DNA of 57,923 bases. Source: an uncultured virus (IMG/VR IMGVR_UViG_3300024999_000050). Lineage: Duplodnaviria > Heunggongvirae > Uroviricota > Caudoviricetes. The notes beneath the pieces were generated by a model. That model made no database searches. It was given only the letters and a program-made list of their open reading frames with translations, and was not told where the DNA came from. Position 1 is the stretch's first letter. Each line of letters begins with the position of its first letter. The stretch lies in IMG/VR virus record IMGVR_UViG_3300024999_000050. One strand, 5' to 3'. Shown here piece by piece: positions 29,437-38,636 of this stretch. The position numbers and the translations under genes were made by a program.

Positions 29437-29966
29437 ATCTTACCTCCCAAAATATCTTTTTCAGAAATTTGTTCAAAAGACATCATTCCATTATTTCTAA
29501 GAATCTTTTTCCAAATCCTTTGATTTCTACTTCCCCGGAATGGAGTCGATAAATCTTTTTGTTCTAAAAGAAATCTATCTGTTACTAACAAATCAATCAA
29601 TTCTAAAAACTTTATCCATTTCTTCAAAGGCTTTAATTCTTCCATACTATAACCAGTGTAAACTATAATATCATAGTTTCCAAGAGTTTTTATTTTCTCA
29701 GCAAGATAACTTAATTCTAACGGCCAGAGAAAAGGATCTCCACCGGAAAAAGTTATCCCTCTATGAATTGATGGTCTAAGTATTTCTTTCAATTCCATAT
29801 ATAAATCATCTACTTTTAAAATCTTTCCACCACTAAGACTATGAGATTCAGGATTATGACATCCTGGACAATTCCAATGACATCCTTGAGTAAAAATAGT
29901 ATGTCTTATCCCCGGTCCATCAACTATAGAATCTTGAACTATAGGTCCGGCTATTCTAATGTTCAT
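29433..29966 (-). CDS. nrdG: Anaerobic ribonucleotide reductase activating radical-SAM enzyme
   Basis: DSIVDGPGIR..IFTQGC...CPGCHNP, GITFSGGDP, YTGY, FRGSRNQR. Confidence 0.93.
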   Translation of the reverse strand: MNIRIAGPIVQDSIVDGPGIRHTIFTQGCHWNCPGCHNPESHSLSGGKILKVDDLYMELKEILRPSIHRGITFSGGDPFLWPLELSYLAEKIKTLGNYDIIVYTGYSMEELKPLKKWIKFLELIDLLVTDRFLLEQKDLSTPFRGSRNQRIWKKILRNNGMMSFEQISEKDILGGKI

Positions 29967-30412
29967 TTATACAAACCTGCTCTCATAAAATCAATAGACA
30001 TTTGATTTTCGATTGTTGAAAATATATTCTTTTCAAAGGAAAATCTTAATTCCTCTAACCGTTTCAACAATCCCGAAACCTTACCAGAGTAAACAAATAT
30101 TTTTCTGGGATTATTTAATATTACTTTGGATACTATTTTTTTAGGGAGAATTGGATAGTCTAATGGTAAAGAATCTGATTTAGAAGATTCATAATCAAAG
30201 TCTACAGGTTTCCCATCCAGAAAAGGCCTACACATATATTCTGCTTTAAATTGCAATTCTTTCTCTTTTTGACCGTATAATTCTTCTAACTGCTTTTTGC
30301 AGTTTTCAATATTAGCTATATTTACATCCCTGTCAATGATGAAACATTTTAGACACATACCGTTTTGATATTCCATCTCACCACATATTCTACACTTACT
30401 CATACTAATCAC
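29963..30412 (-). CDS. Hypothetical Zn-finger protein
   Basis: CxxC...CxxC N-terminus. Confidence 0.55.
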   Translation of the reverse strand: MISMSKCRICGEMEYQNGMCLKCFIIDRDVNIANIENCKKQLEELYGQKEKELQFKAEYMCRPFLDGKPVDFDYESSKSDSLPLDYPILPKKIVSKVILNNPRKIFVYSGKVSGLLKRLEELRFSFEKNIFSTIENQMSIDFMRAGLYK

Positions 30413-30426
30413 CTCTTAATAATTAT

Positions 30427-30621
30427 TTAAACAGTCATAGCAAGAATATCGGCGTTTTCAATGTGTTTAGTTTCGGTTTTACACCGAATACACCACAAGT
30501 CTTTTATATGACCATTTTTCCTAGTTTTCCTTTTAGGACGTTGAATCTCTTGAATGTTACCACAAATAGAGCAAAACATTTTGGATGGATAAAAGTCTCT
30601 AGGATTTTTACAATTCCACAC
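30427..30621 (-). CDS. L33-like zinc-ribbon protein
   Basis: CSICG...I.R.....R..GHIKDLWCIRCK..TKH.E. Confidence 0.65.
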   Translation of the reverse strand: MWNCKNPRDFYPSKMFCSICGNIQEIQRPKRKTRKNGHIKDLWCIRCKTETKHIENADILAMTV

Positions 30622-30655
30622 TACAATAAACCTCCTTAAAACTGTCCTTATCTTT

Positions 30656-30684
30656 ATTATATCAAGACATTTTCAGTTTTTCCC
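30656..30684 (-). promoter_or_regulatory. Promoter GGGAAA-N17-TATAAT
   Basis: Same architecture at 32056-32084 and about 49851-49880. Confidence 0.6.
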
Positions 30685-30696
30685 TTATGATAAAAA

Positions 30697-30730
30697 TAAA
30701 AACACCAGAATAATAAAATCCTGGTGTTTT
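30697..30730 (-). terminator. Intrinsic terminator
   Basis: AAAACACCAG-loop-CTGGTGTTTT. Confidence 0.75.
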
Positions 30731-30737
30731 CTTTCCG

Positions 30738-31208
30738 TTATAATTTTTTAGGACTAACTCTTTCAATAATTAATTCTGTTTCGGCATCAAGAATCTGTTT
30801 CACAATAGCAGGAGAGATATTGGTTTCTTCAGAAATACGACTAATAAAAACTTCTGGGCGTAGTATCGGAGGAAATCCTATCATTCCCCTGACATTGTTG
30901 TATTCCCTAATAGCTTGAAGTGTTTCTTCTGGAGAAATTTCTCCCCCTACTTCAACTTTCACTTCCCAATTCTCCAAAACATCGGCAATTAGTTTACTGA
31001 TATTCTTGCAGGTTTTATCAAGAATATTGCTCACTAATTTCTTATTAGCAGAAAGCCTAGGGTCTCGTTCTTTTTCATAAATACACTCCAGAACATCGAA
31101 AATCTCTTTCCGACTAGAAGAGTATATCATTACGGCTATTTCTGTAGCCAGCCACTCAGAATCTATAGTACCTTTTAAGGTTTGTTCTTCTGATACGGTC
31201 TGATCCAT
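30738..31208 (-). CDS. Hypothetical protein
   Basis: 156 aa, SD. Confidence 0.6.
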   Translation of the reverse strand: MDQTVSEEQTLKGTIDSEWLATEIAVMIYSSSRKEIFDVLECIYEKERDPRLSANKKLVSNILDKTCKNISKLIADVLENWEVKVEVGGEISPEETLQAIREYNNVRGMIGFPPILRPEVFISRISEETNISPAIVKQILDAETELIIERVSPKKL

Positions 31209-31250
31209 TCAAGAACCCCCTTTCTTAATCAAAATAATAGGTATACCTAA

Positions 31251-31739
31251 TTATTTTACCAAAGATAATTCTTTCTTTTGTTTTTTACTCAGATTATTAA
31301 CCAAATCTTCTCCTATTTCCATAGCCCGATCCAGATGGTCCAGATCTTCAGAGATCTTATCAGAAAAATCCTCCACAAAATAAACTGTCTGGACGTAATG
31401 ATTACCTTCAGGGTTATTCATAGTTTCAAGGAAAATATTCCTGCTAGAATAATTCTTATCATCGGCAGCCCTTTTCATTGTAGTGAAGGTTAGACTATCG
31501 TCTTCCATATCGAAAGAAACACTCTTCAACCTATCTCCATACAGGGCTACGATTACCGGAAGTGATTCGTGTTCTTCGTCAAACTCTTCCAATTCACTTT
31601 CCTGAAAACTCGGCAGTTTCTCGATCTTAACTGTGTTATCGGATAGCTGTTCAAACTTCAAAGAGGTATCCGGACAATTTTCATCCACCAATAAGCATAT
31701 TCTGGTGTCTTCTCCAGTCTTAATTGTGACTTCACCCAT
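31251..31739 (-). CDS. Acidic hypothetical protein
   Basis: 162 aa, SD. Confidence 0.6.
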   Translation of the reverse strand: MGEVTIKTGEDTRICLLVDENCPDTSLKFEQLSDNTVKIEKLPSFQESELEEFDEEHESLPVIVALYGDRLKSVSFDMEDDSLTFTTMKRAADDKNYSSRNIFLETMNNPEGNHYVQTVYFVEDFSDKISEDLDHLDRAMEIGEDLVNNLSKKQKKELSLVK

Positions 31740-31767
31740 TCTAACACTCTCCTTCTATTTATATTAT

Positions 31768-32010
31768 TTATTTCTGAAAACTCTTTAAGACATTACATAT
31801 CCCTTCGATTAGTTTCCGGTAAAATTCTTCAACGAAATCATTTAAAACCATAAGGTTATCTCCGTCCCATTCTAGACTTATTTCATCGGACTCGTAACCT
31901 TTAAGTTCTTTCATTCCGTGAAGTATTTCATTAATAATTTCATTCTTGTCAAACCCTTCCTCTAATTCAAAGAAGTTTATTATATCCTGTAATATCTTCT
32001 TTTTACCTAC
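31768..32010 (-). CDS. Hypothetical ~80-aa protein lacking a canonical start codon
   Basis: Open frame VGKKKILQDIINFFELEEG... behind GAGGGGG SD and a promoter. Confidence 0.5.
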   Translation of the reverse strand, partial: VGKKKILQDIINFFELEEGFDKNEIINEILHGMKELKGYESDEISLEWDGDNLMVLNDFVEEFYRKLIEGICNVLKSFQK

Positions 32011-32055
32011 TCTAACCCACCCCCTCTCTCTCTACTAAATTAACCCCTTACCTAT

Positions 32056-32084
32056 ATTATATCTAACCAGTTATGGTATTTCCC
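32056..32084 (-). promoter_or_regulatory. Promoter GGGAAA-N17-TATAAT
   Basis: TAAGGGAAA identical to the 30656 copy, same spacing. Confidence 0.6.
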
Positions 32085-32101
32085 TTACTAATAAAATATT
32101 T

Positions 32102-33721
32102 TCAAGCCGTTGTAGCTCTAAATTGCTTTTTAGGCTGTGATAAACTCGGCCATTTAGTATGAATACAGTATCTCGCTGCATCACAACCATGATCAAATTT
32201 ATCTTTAAATGGTTTATCTGTTCCTGGCCTATAAGGATAACTTTGAAAGTCTCTAATTGTTTCTACGCACTTTGCCAATATATACAGTCTAGGCTCCCCT
32301 ATACTGGGCTTAATAAGCCCTCTTAGGGTTCTGATACCTGCATCCACTTCACGGTCAACCGCAGCTCTAGCAGGTATGTTAGCTTGCCTCATTTGAGCAA
32401 TAGCATTAGGATCTTCAGGATCACATATCCAGTCTAATGTATTATATTCCTCTTGGGCAGGTTTCCACCATTCACTTATTAATAAGTTTAGTGTAGTTTG
32501 GGTTCTTACTATTTCATCAAAAATAATAATCTGATCTCTATTTGTTTTTTGCATAAATACCGTATGAGCCGGATTAGTGTATCCAAAATCTTGTCCAGCA
32601 TCTACAGGTAAATATAAGCTCCTATCAAATCTATCTATAATATGAATATCATCAAATTCTTTATAAACTAATCCGTCTCTCCCTGGTTTTTTACATTCCC
32701 ATTGAGCATCCCAGGTTTCCCTATCTAGATTTCTAAACTTGCTAATTGTATCATCAATCAAATAATATCCGTCAGACCTTTTAGCTTTAGTTTGACAGAC
32801 CTCAATTAATGGACATGCTAAACATCCAGAATATTTACTTGGATCTGATTTTTCTTCTAGAAATTCTTTTGTTACGTATCTATTTTTAAGAGATCTATTA
32901 TGAGTATAAACCCAGAGAGTTTTTCTTTTGTATTTATCCTTTTCTCCGTATGGTAGGTATTCATATTCCACAGGAATAATACCTGACCTTTTGGATGAGC
33001 AGTTTTCGATTACCTCCCAGATACACCAGGAGTAGACTTTCAGATCTCTTGTTTTTGCTTCGTCTAATAATTTCTGCATTGGACCTGATCCTGATTTCCG
33101 GGTACTTGTTAAACAAAGACTTGCCCTAGCCCTTTTTGTAGATTTAGGCATGGACATAGCCTCCTGGAGTATTTTCCAGTCCATTAAATCTATTTCATCT
33201 AAGTTAGCTTTCTCCGGATGTGGGCTATTAGTTCCTGCCATTGTGCCGGGCAAAATCTGAAGTTCTGAAATAAATCCATCATAAGTTCTTATCTTAGACC
33301 TCTTCATAAGAAGCTCAATAGCAAAAGGATTTAATAATGTTCCCTCTTTAAAATGATCTTGGGTATACTTGAAACATTTTTCTGCCTGTGCTTGAATAGC
33401 TCCAATGTTTGCAATTTCAACACCTTTAAAAACAGCATCTAAGGCATTTTTAATGGCAAAATTCCAAGTCTTACCCCCGTTCCTGTTTGCCAAAACTAAA
33501 GCGTTTAGAACGTCTTCAAAAAATAAGTCAGCCAAGAAATCGAATGGAGCATCATGTTCTGGACAAACAGATAATCTAGGAACATGAGATCCTAATATTA
33601 TAGTTATAAAATCGTGTAATTCTTCTTTATCCTTACTTGCTAATAAATTTTTCAAACACCAATCTAAATAATCTTTCCTTGCTTCATTCTGATTATAATT
33701 TCCTAATGTATCTACTTGCAT
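32102..33721 (-). CDS. terL: Terminase large subunit
   Basis: Walker A ANRNGGKT, Walker B ANLDEID, nuclease GQDFGYTNP and DHGCDAARY. Confidence 0.93.
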   Translation of the reverse strand: MQVDTLGNYNQNEARKDYLDWCLKNLLASKDKEELHDFITIILGSHVPRLSVCPEHDAPFDFLADLFFEDVLNALVLANRNGGKTWNFAIKNALDAVFKGVEIANIGAIQAQAEKCFKYTQDHFKEGTLLNPFAIELLMKRSKIRTYDGFISELQILPGTMAGTNSPHPEKANLDEIDLMDWKILQEAMSMPKSTKRARASLCLTSTRKSGSGPMQKLLDEAKTRDLKVYSWCIWEVIENCSSKRSGIIPVEYEYLPYGEKDKYKRKTLWVYTHNRSLKNRYVTKEFLEEKSDPSKYSGCLACPLIEVCQTKAKRSDGYYLIDDTISKFRNLDRETWDAQWECKKPGRDGLVYKEFDDIHIIDRFDRSLYLPVDAGQDFGYTNPAHTVFMQKTNRDQIIIFDEIVRTQTTLNLLISEWWKPAQEEYNTLDWICDPEDPNAIAQMRQANIPARAAVDREVDAGIRTLRGLIKPSIGEPRLYILAKCVETIRDFQSYPYRPGTDKPFKDKFDHGCDAARYCIHTKWPSLSQPKKQFRATTA

Positions 33722-33811
33722 AATAGCCCTCTAAATAAAAAGAAACCCTCCAACGGGAGAGTTTTTAAGAAAGTTATTTTCGCTTTATTATTTTTACCAA
33801 AAATAGATACT

Positions 33812-34483
33812 TTATTCATCTTCAACATCTTCTTCAGTTCTAAAATCTACATTTATAGCTTTTGGTTCTGGTAATTTCTTTTGAGAATCTCCTTTTAATA
33901 TCATCTTAAATTGGTTTCTGAATCCCTGGTCTTCTAAACTTGTATTCATTATGTTTACATTTACGCTTCCGGGAGTAGTATTTTTATTCTTATCTCCAGA
34001 AGATGATATTCCATTATCTTTGTCTAGCATATCTAAAGTTCTGTCTACCATATTTAACAATGTGGGAACAGTTAATTTCTTTCTTTCTTTTGCACTTTCT
34101 AATTTATGAGTTATTTCTATTAATGCTGCTTGAGCTATTCTTCTGTAGAATCTAATTCTTTCAGTCCTAAATACAGACTCGGCTTCCATTTGAGCAGACT
34201 GTAACATCTTCATAAATTGAGGATCTTTAAAGTAGTTACAAAGCATTTGTGAAGTTATATCATTCTTTTTAGCTATTTCTCCTTTTTTGAGTCTTCCCTC
34301 GACTAGATCATCTATTATCTGAAGATGAACATGGGTGAAGTTGTGAATCTTATATGGATTACTCCCAATAGTTACAGTAGTTACTTTCGGTTTAGAAGTC
34401 TTGGCCTTTTTGACCTTCTTATATTTTTTAGGTATTTTACTTTTTGGGATTGTATCTTCTTTATTCTTGACTCCCCTTTTCAT
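33812..34483 (-). CDS. Terminase small subunit (putative)
   Basis: HTH (EIAKK..ITSQML.NY.KDP.F) plus helical region, directly upstream of TerL. Confidence 0.7.
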   Translation of the reverse strand: MKRGVKNKEDTIPKSKIPKKYKKVKKAKTSKPKVTTVTIGSNPYKIHNFTHVHLQIIDDLVEGRLKKGEIAKKNDITSQMLCNYFKDPQFMKMLQSAQMEAESVFRTERIRFYRRIAQAALIEITHKLESAKERKKLTVPTLLNMVDRTLDMLDKDNGISSSGDKNKNTTPGSVNVNIMNTSLEDQGFRNQFKMILKGDSQKKLPEPKAINVDFRTEEDVEDE

Positions 34484-34657
34484 GATTAAATCGACCCTTT
34501 CTTTTTTATTAAAATTTGTATTCTTTAAATGTTGATATTATTGGGAAAATAAAAATCTCCAAAAAGAAATAGAACCCTCAAATTTCTCAAGAGGGTTCTC
34601 TTCTGGGTGATGATTGGATAGATTGAATACCTGCCGATAAATATTATAAATCTGGAT

Positions 34658-35140
34658 TTAGTTTTTGTCAACAAAACCTTTATGATTCATCCCACATAAT
34701 TTTATAGTATTTTCAATAAGAAGTTTTGAGTATCCATCATTAGCTTGGGATAGAAAACCTTCTATACACATTTTAGATACACCGTCAACATGCCTGTTAC
34801 TATTTCTGTGATTTTCCCAGCATTCAGCTAATGATTTTACTCTATTGATAAATACATCAAAATCATCAGGTTTATATTCTGAACCATCTACTACTTCTAC
34901 CGGAATATTGCAAAGTGAGTTTCTTACCTTTTCTTCCGGTTTATTATTCTTGGGAATAGGTTCGAAGTCCGAACAAGGATCAGGATTACATCTCAAAATA
35001 GTACATACTAAATTATCTATAACTACACTACAAACTCTTGAGCATTTCTCCCTTTTTAAACATTTATAACAACAGTCTATGGTATTTGGAAGTTTGGGAA
35101 GAAAAGCATTATCTTTCAACATATCCTTAGTTATTTTCAT
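34658..35140 (-). CDS. Cys-rich hypothetical protein (start MKITKD)
   Basis: GAGGAGG SD before ATG 35140. Confidence 0.55.
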   Translation of the reverse strand: MKITKDMLKDNAFLPKLPNTIDCCYKCLKREKCSRVCSVVIDNLVCTILRCNPDPCSDFEPIPKNNKPEEKVRNSLCNIPVEVVDGSEYKPDDFDVFINRVKSLAECWENHRNSNRHVDGVSKMCIEGFLSQANDGYSKLLIENTIKLCGMNHKGFVDKN

Positions 35141-35311
35141 TATTTTAAATCCTCCTCTTATGAAGTTTGTTGTTCTGGATCGTATGAAGAACAATAAGCA
35201 TCCATTCTACATACTACACAATGTAATACTCTACAAGGACTATTAAAACAGTCTCCAAGTTTAGAACAATACAGGCAGCAGGAAGTTTTCCATGATTCTT
35301 TTACTTCAATT

Positions 35312-35671
35312 TTATTGTCCACCAATAATATTTTTAATCTTTCTAAGTTGATCTAGGGACAGTTTACAACAACCATAAGTTCCTAAAAATGTTCTAATTT
35401 CATCTGACAATTCTAAAATCTCTTTGTCTACCTCAATCATTTTCATAGAGAAATAGATTCTCCAATCTGGGCGATACTCTGTAATTTGGTCTAATGTTTC
35501 TATATCGAATTTAAGAGAAGTAGGAAAATCTTTGTCTGGATTATAAACATAAAAATATTTACGACCAACTTTCTCAACTCTATATTTCTGAATTTCTTTA
35601 GTAGTTCTCAACTTATTATTTATAGGAACTAAATAAACATCTTGACCTTCCTTTATTTTAACATTATTCAT
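35312..35671 (-). CDS. Hypothetical beta-barrel protein
   Basis: IKEGQ.VY...VEKVGRKYFYV phage family motif. Confidence 0.6.
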   Translation of the reverse strand: MNNVKIKEGQDVYLVPINNKLRTTKEIQKYRVEKVGRKYFYVYNPDKDFPTSLKFDIETLDQITEYRPDWRIYFSMKMIEVDKEILELSDEIRTFLGTYGCCKLSLDQLRKIKNIIGGQ

Positions 35672-35864
35672 CTATTATTGACTCCTTTACTAGATTCCTT
35701 TTCTCCAAAATTGGTTCCGCTATAACTCTATTTTTTTGATCCTCGTTAAGCCAATCATTTTTAGAAAAATACTTTTTAATAACCTCTTCTTCAGTTTCTC
35801 CACCTAAAACCATTGCAGCAGCAGAACTGAAATTTGAATCTGTATCTCTTACTGTAACCCTATA

Positions 35865-36188
35865 TCAAAAAGTAATTCTCTCAAATTCTATCAGTAGATC
35901 GTGTTTTTCTCCCTTTTTACCCTGTCCATTAAACTTAAACTTATCCCCATCAACGATATTCCAATCATGCCCCATATCTTCTAAGAAAACATTATGTCCG
36001 TGAATTAATATTGAATCATCTAAACCAACGGTTTCTTTTTCGCCAGTTATGGGACTAAATCTATTATATAGAATATCTTCGGATAGAATTGTCCAAACAT
36101 GAATTATCCTACAGTTACTTTCAAGACCTAACTCCTTTAGAGGTTTCCTATCACCATTAGAGAAATCTCTTAGTATTAATCTTTGCAT
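35865..36188 (-). CDS. Hypothetical protein
   Basis: 107 aa, SD. Confidence 0.55.
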   Translation of the reverse strand: MQRLILRDFSNGDRKPLKELGLESNCRIIHVWTILSEDILYNRFSPITGEKETVGLDDSILIHGHNVFLEDMGHDWNIVDGDKFKFNGQGKKGEKHDLLIEFERITF

Positions 36189-36206
36189 CTATTATCAACT
36201 CCTTTC

Positions 36207-36371
36207 TTAATACTCTTTATTATCAACTACGACCTTTCCATTTTTCATTTTCTCCCCTGTTACAGTAGTATTATCATAACCACACTCTGGACAGTCGGGA
36301 AAAGCTTCTTCATTTTCTAGTGTAAAATAATTATCACAAGTTTCACAACAATAAATAAACCCATCTTTCAT
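36207..36371 (-). CDS. Zn-ribbon protein
   Basis: CETC...CPECG; AGGAG SD before MKDG. Confidence 0.55.
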   Translation of the reverse strand: MKDGFIYCCETCDNYFTLENEEAFPDCPECGYDNTTVTGEKMKNGKVVVDNKEY

Positions 36372-36425
36372 TATATTCACTCCTAATATCAAGTATAACA
36401 TGACGTTTTAATTCTGTAAATAGAA

Positions 36426-36456
36426 AAATCCGGTCTTTTTATTTATAGACCGGATT
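36426..36456 (-). terminator. Intrinsic terminator
   Basis: AATCCGGTCT-loop-AGACCGGATT + T-run. Confidence 0.75.
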
Positions 36457-36463
36457 AAATTTT

Positions 36464-36880
36464 TTAATTCCTATTCTGAAGAAAACCAGAGACACATATT
36501 CCATCATTTATAGTCTTACACATAACTCTTCTTAAAAGATCAAGATCAGGTTTATCTTTTGATAATTCTTTATTTATCATTTGAAGAGTCTTATCTAGTC
36601 TATTGGCTATTTCAGACGGAGATGCTAGTTTAGGTCTTAAATATATCCTTTTAGGAATTTTATCTGGAGAAACTTCTTTATAATACAAAGTATCATTTTC
36701 TTTACAATATCCGCATATACAACCCCAGGGCTTTCTCGTTAGTTCTATTTCAACTTCTTTATATTGAATACAGTCTGGAATATCCTTCGGATTACAAGTT
36801 ACAGCCCTTAAAAGTTGCTTTGGATGGATAGGTATTCTTATAAACGGAGGATAGTCTTTATGAATCAAAGTGTATCTCAT
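36464..36880 (-). CDS. Hypothetical protein
   Basis: 138 aa, coupled. Confidence 0.55.
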   Translation of the reverse strand: MRYTLIHKDYPPFIRIPIHPKQLLRAVTCNPKDIPDCIQYKEVEIELTRKPWGCICGYCKENDTLYYKEVSPDKIPKRIYLRPKLASPSEIANRLDKTLQMINKELSKDKPDLDLLRRVMCKTINDGICVSGFLQNRN

Positions 36881-37104
36881 TATTTATTCTCCCCAGAATA
36901 AGAAACTAATGACATACCTTTATTGCTAAGAGGTTCATAGTTATCACAGACTTTGCTATACCCACCCCTTTCATCACACTTAGTTTTGCAGCTTACACAG
37001 TTTTTCTTAATAATCCTCTGACAAGACGGACAAAAGGTTATCCCTACCGGAGAAGTTTTGTTAAGGATAATCTTCATTCCACAATCACACATTCTATTTG
37101 ACAT
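36880..37104 (-). CDS. Cys-rich hypothetical protein
   Basis: 74 aa, 8 Cys. Confidence 0.55.
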   Translation of the reverse strand: MSNRMCDCGMKIILNKTSPVGITFCPSCQRIIKKNCVSCKTKCDERGGYSKVCDNYEPLSNKGMSLVSYSGENK

Positions 37105-37594
37105 ATACCGTAACCTCCCTATTCTTCACTCCAAATTCTAAAGCTTCGGATCTAGAATTCATAAAAACATCTACCCAGTTTCCTTTTACATTTCCTCCGG
37201 TATCCTCCGATGTAAAGTATCCCATTCCCTCTATATGAATTTTACTTCTTAGGGGTATTACATTAGGATCTACAGCTACAATACCGGTCCTAGCATTTGT
37301 CCCTATTTTAGTTAGTTGCCCTCCTGAATAAGCCGTTAATTTGCAGGTTAATTTATAGCTGTTCCTATCAAATGATCTTGATGTTTCTTTCTGTAATTTC
37401 TTTTCTAATTGAACTTGTTTTTCTTTCAGTTTGACAATTTGATTCTGTATTTCTAGTTGTTCTTTCTTAGTTTTATCTAGAGACTGTTTTAAGTCTTGAA
37501 TCTGTTTGGACTCAACATCTAAACAGTCCTGATTGTAACCAAATGAAACCATTATCATCATCAGAATAAGGGATACTACTATCAGTCTACTCAT
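37094..37594 (-). CDS. Secreted 3D-domain protein (MltA-like lytic transglycosylase) with coiled coil
   Basis: Signal peptide; TAY, T..G, VAVDPNVIPL, EDTGG..KGN.VDVF. Confidence 0.9.
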   Translation of the reverse strand: MSRLIVVSLILMMIMVSFGYNQDCLDVESKQIQDLKQSLDKTKKEQLEIQNQIVKLKEKQVQLEKKLQKETSRSFDRNSYKLTCKLTAYSGGQLTKIGTNARTGIVAVDPNVIPLRSKIHIEGMGYFTSEDTGGNVKGNWVDVFMNSRSEALEFGVKNREVTVYVK

Positions 37595-37604
37595 TAAATT
37601 CCTC

Positions 37605-38294
37605 CTAGTGGTAAGAATTCATTATTTCCTTAAAAACCTCTTTCTTTTTGAGTTTTATTTTTACCCTCTGTAGGGCATTATCTACAGTCTTAATACTGGT
37701 TCTAGTTAGTCTAGCTATCTCTGTGTACTCCAAACCCTCAATGTTTCTTAAAATGGAACAATTATATTCCAGACTACTTAAATGTTTTTTCATTATCTGA
37801 AATATTTCCTTGTTATTCTCCTTACCTATAACTAGAGATAGAGCATCATTTTTGTTTCTCTTCTTGTCCTCTATCTTTTCATATAAGGTTCTTTTACTAT
37901 CGGAATCTGTATGGTTATAAATTACATCATCTAAAGATGATGAATTGTTTAAATGATTATGTTTCTTTCTTAGAACCGTTACTATGAATGTTATAAGAAC
38001 TCTTTTAATAACTTCTTTAGCGAAATTATTGAATGACATTTTTCCGGGTTTATAATCTCTAACAGCCAGCCAAAAACCTATATCAGACATTTGATGAAGA
38101 TCTTCATAAGTATGGCCGGATGGAGGGAAGAATCTCCTTGCCATAAATTTTCTAATAGATATAGATTTAGGTTCCATAAATAAATCATCGAAAGCAAATT
38201 CATCATATCTAGCTTTCATAATTTCTTCATCGGTATATTCGTATGATATAGTTTTAGATAATAATAAATCCTTTTCCGTTAATCTCTTATTCAA
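37605..38294 (-). CDS. sigH: SigH-like RNA polymerase sigma factor
   Basis: EDL.Q...IG...AVRDY, SF..FA...I.R..IT.I....RKKH..LN...SLD, K.VDNALQRVK.KL match sigma-H. Confidence 0.85.
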   Translation of the reverse strand: MNKRLTEKDLLLSKTISYEYTDEEIMKARYDEFAFDDLFMEPKSISIRKFMARRFFPPSGHTYEDLHQMSDIGFWLAVRDYKPGKMSFNNFAKEVIKRVLITFIVTVLRKKHNHLNNSSSLDDVIYNHTDSDSKRTLYEKIEDKKRNKNDALSLVIGKENNKEIFQIMKKHLSSLEYNCSILRNIEGLEYTEIARLTRTSIKTVDNALQRVKIKLKKKEVFKEIMNSYH

Positions 38295-38384
38295 AATTTA
38301 TCAACTCCAAAAAGTATCTCCTATTATCTATTATATCAAGACGTTTTTAAAAATGACGGAGGAGGGCTATAAACCCTCCCCAAT

Positions 38385-38636
38385 TTAGAATAATCTTTTC
38401 TTTTTCTTATTAATTTGAGGGACCCTTATTACTGGTTTCCCTTTTGTGATAAAGGCTGCTGTACATTTATCATTACACCAATTTCTCTTTCCGCAGAATT
38501 CACAACATACTGTTACCGTGATTATCTGGCTACAAGTGAAGTCAGATTCACATTGTTTTGTTTTCTTATTTAGATAGTCACAAGTTATACTATCTAACTT
38601 ATCTTTGAAAGAATAAGGGGTTTGTTCTTCGCTCAT
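38385..38636 (-). CDS. Cys-rich hypothetical protein
   Basis: 83 aa. Confidence 0.55.
   Translation of the reverse strand: MSEEQTPYSFKDKLDSITCDYLNKKTKQCESDFTCSQIITVTVCCEFCGKRNWCNDKCTAAFITKGKPVIRVPQINKKKKRLF

Noticed and set aside
32750..33010. Intein or intron in the terminase large subunit
   Set aside because: The extra Cys-flanked segment lacks intein C...HN termini, and the ORF is continuous and of normal length
35865..35920. Selenocysteine recoding or genome-wide stop reassignment
   Set aside because: No convincing SECIS hairpin after the TGA; long genes are intact in the standard code and all three stops are used
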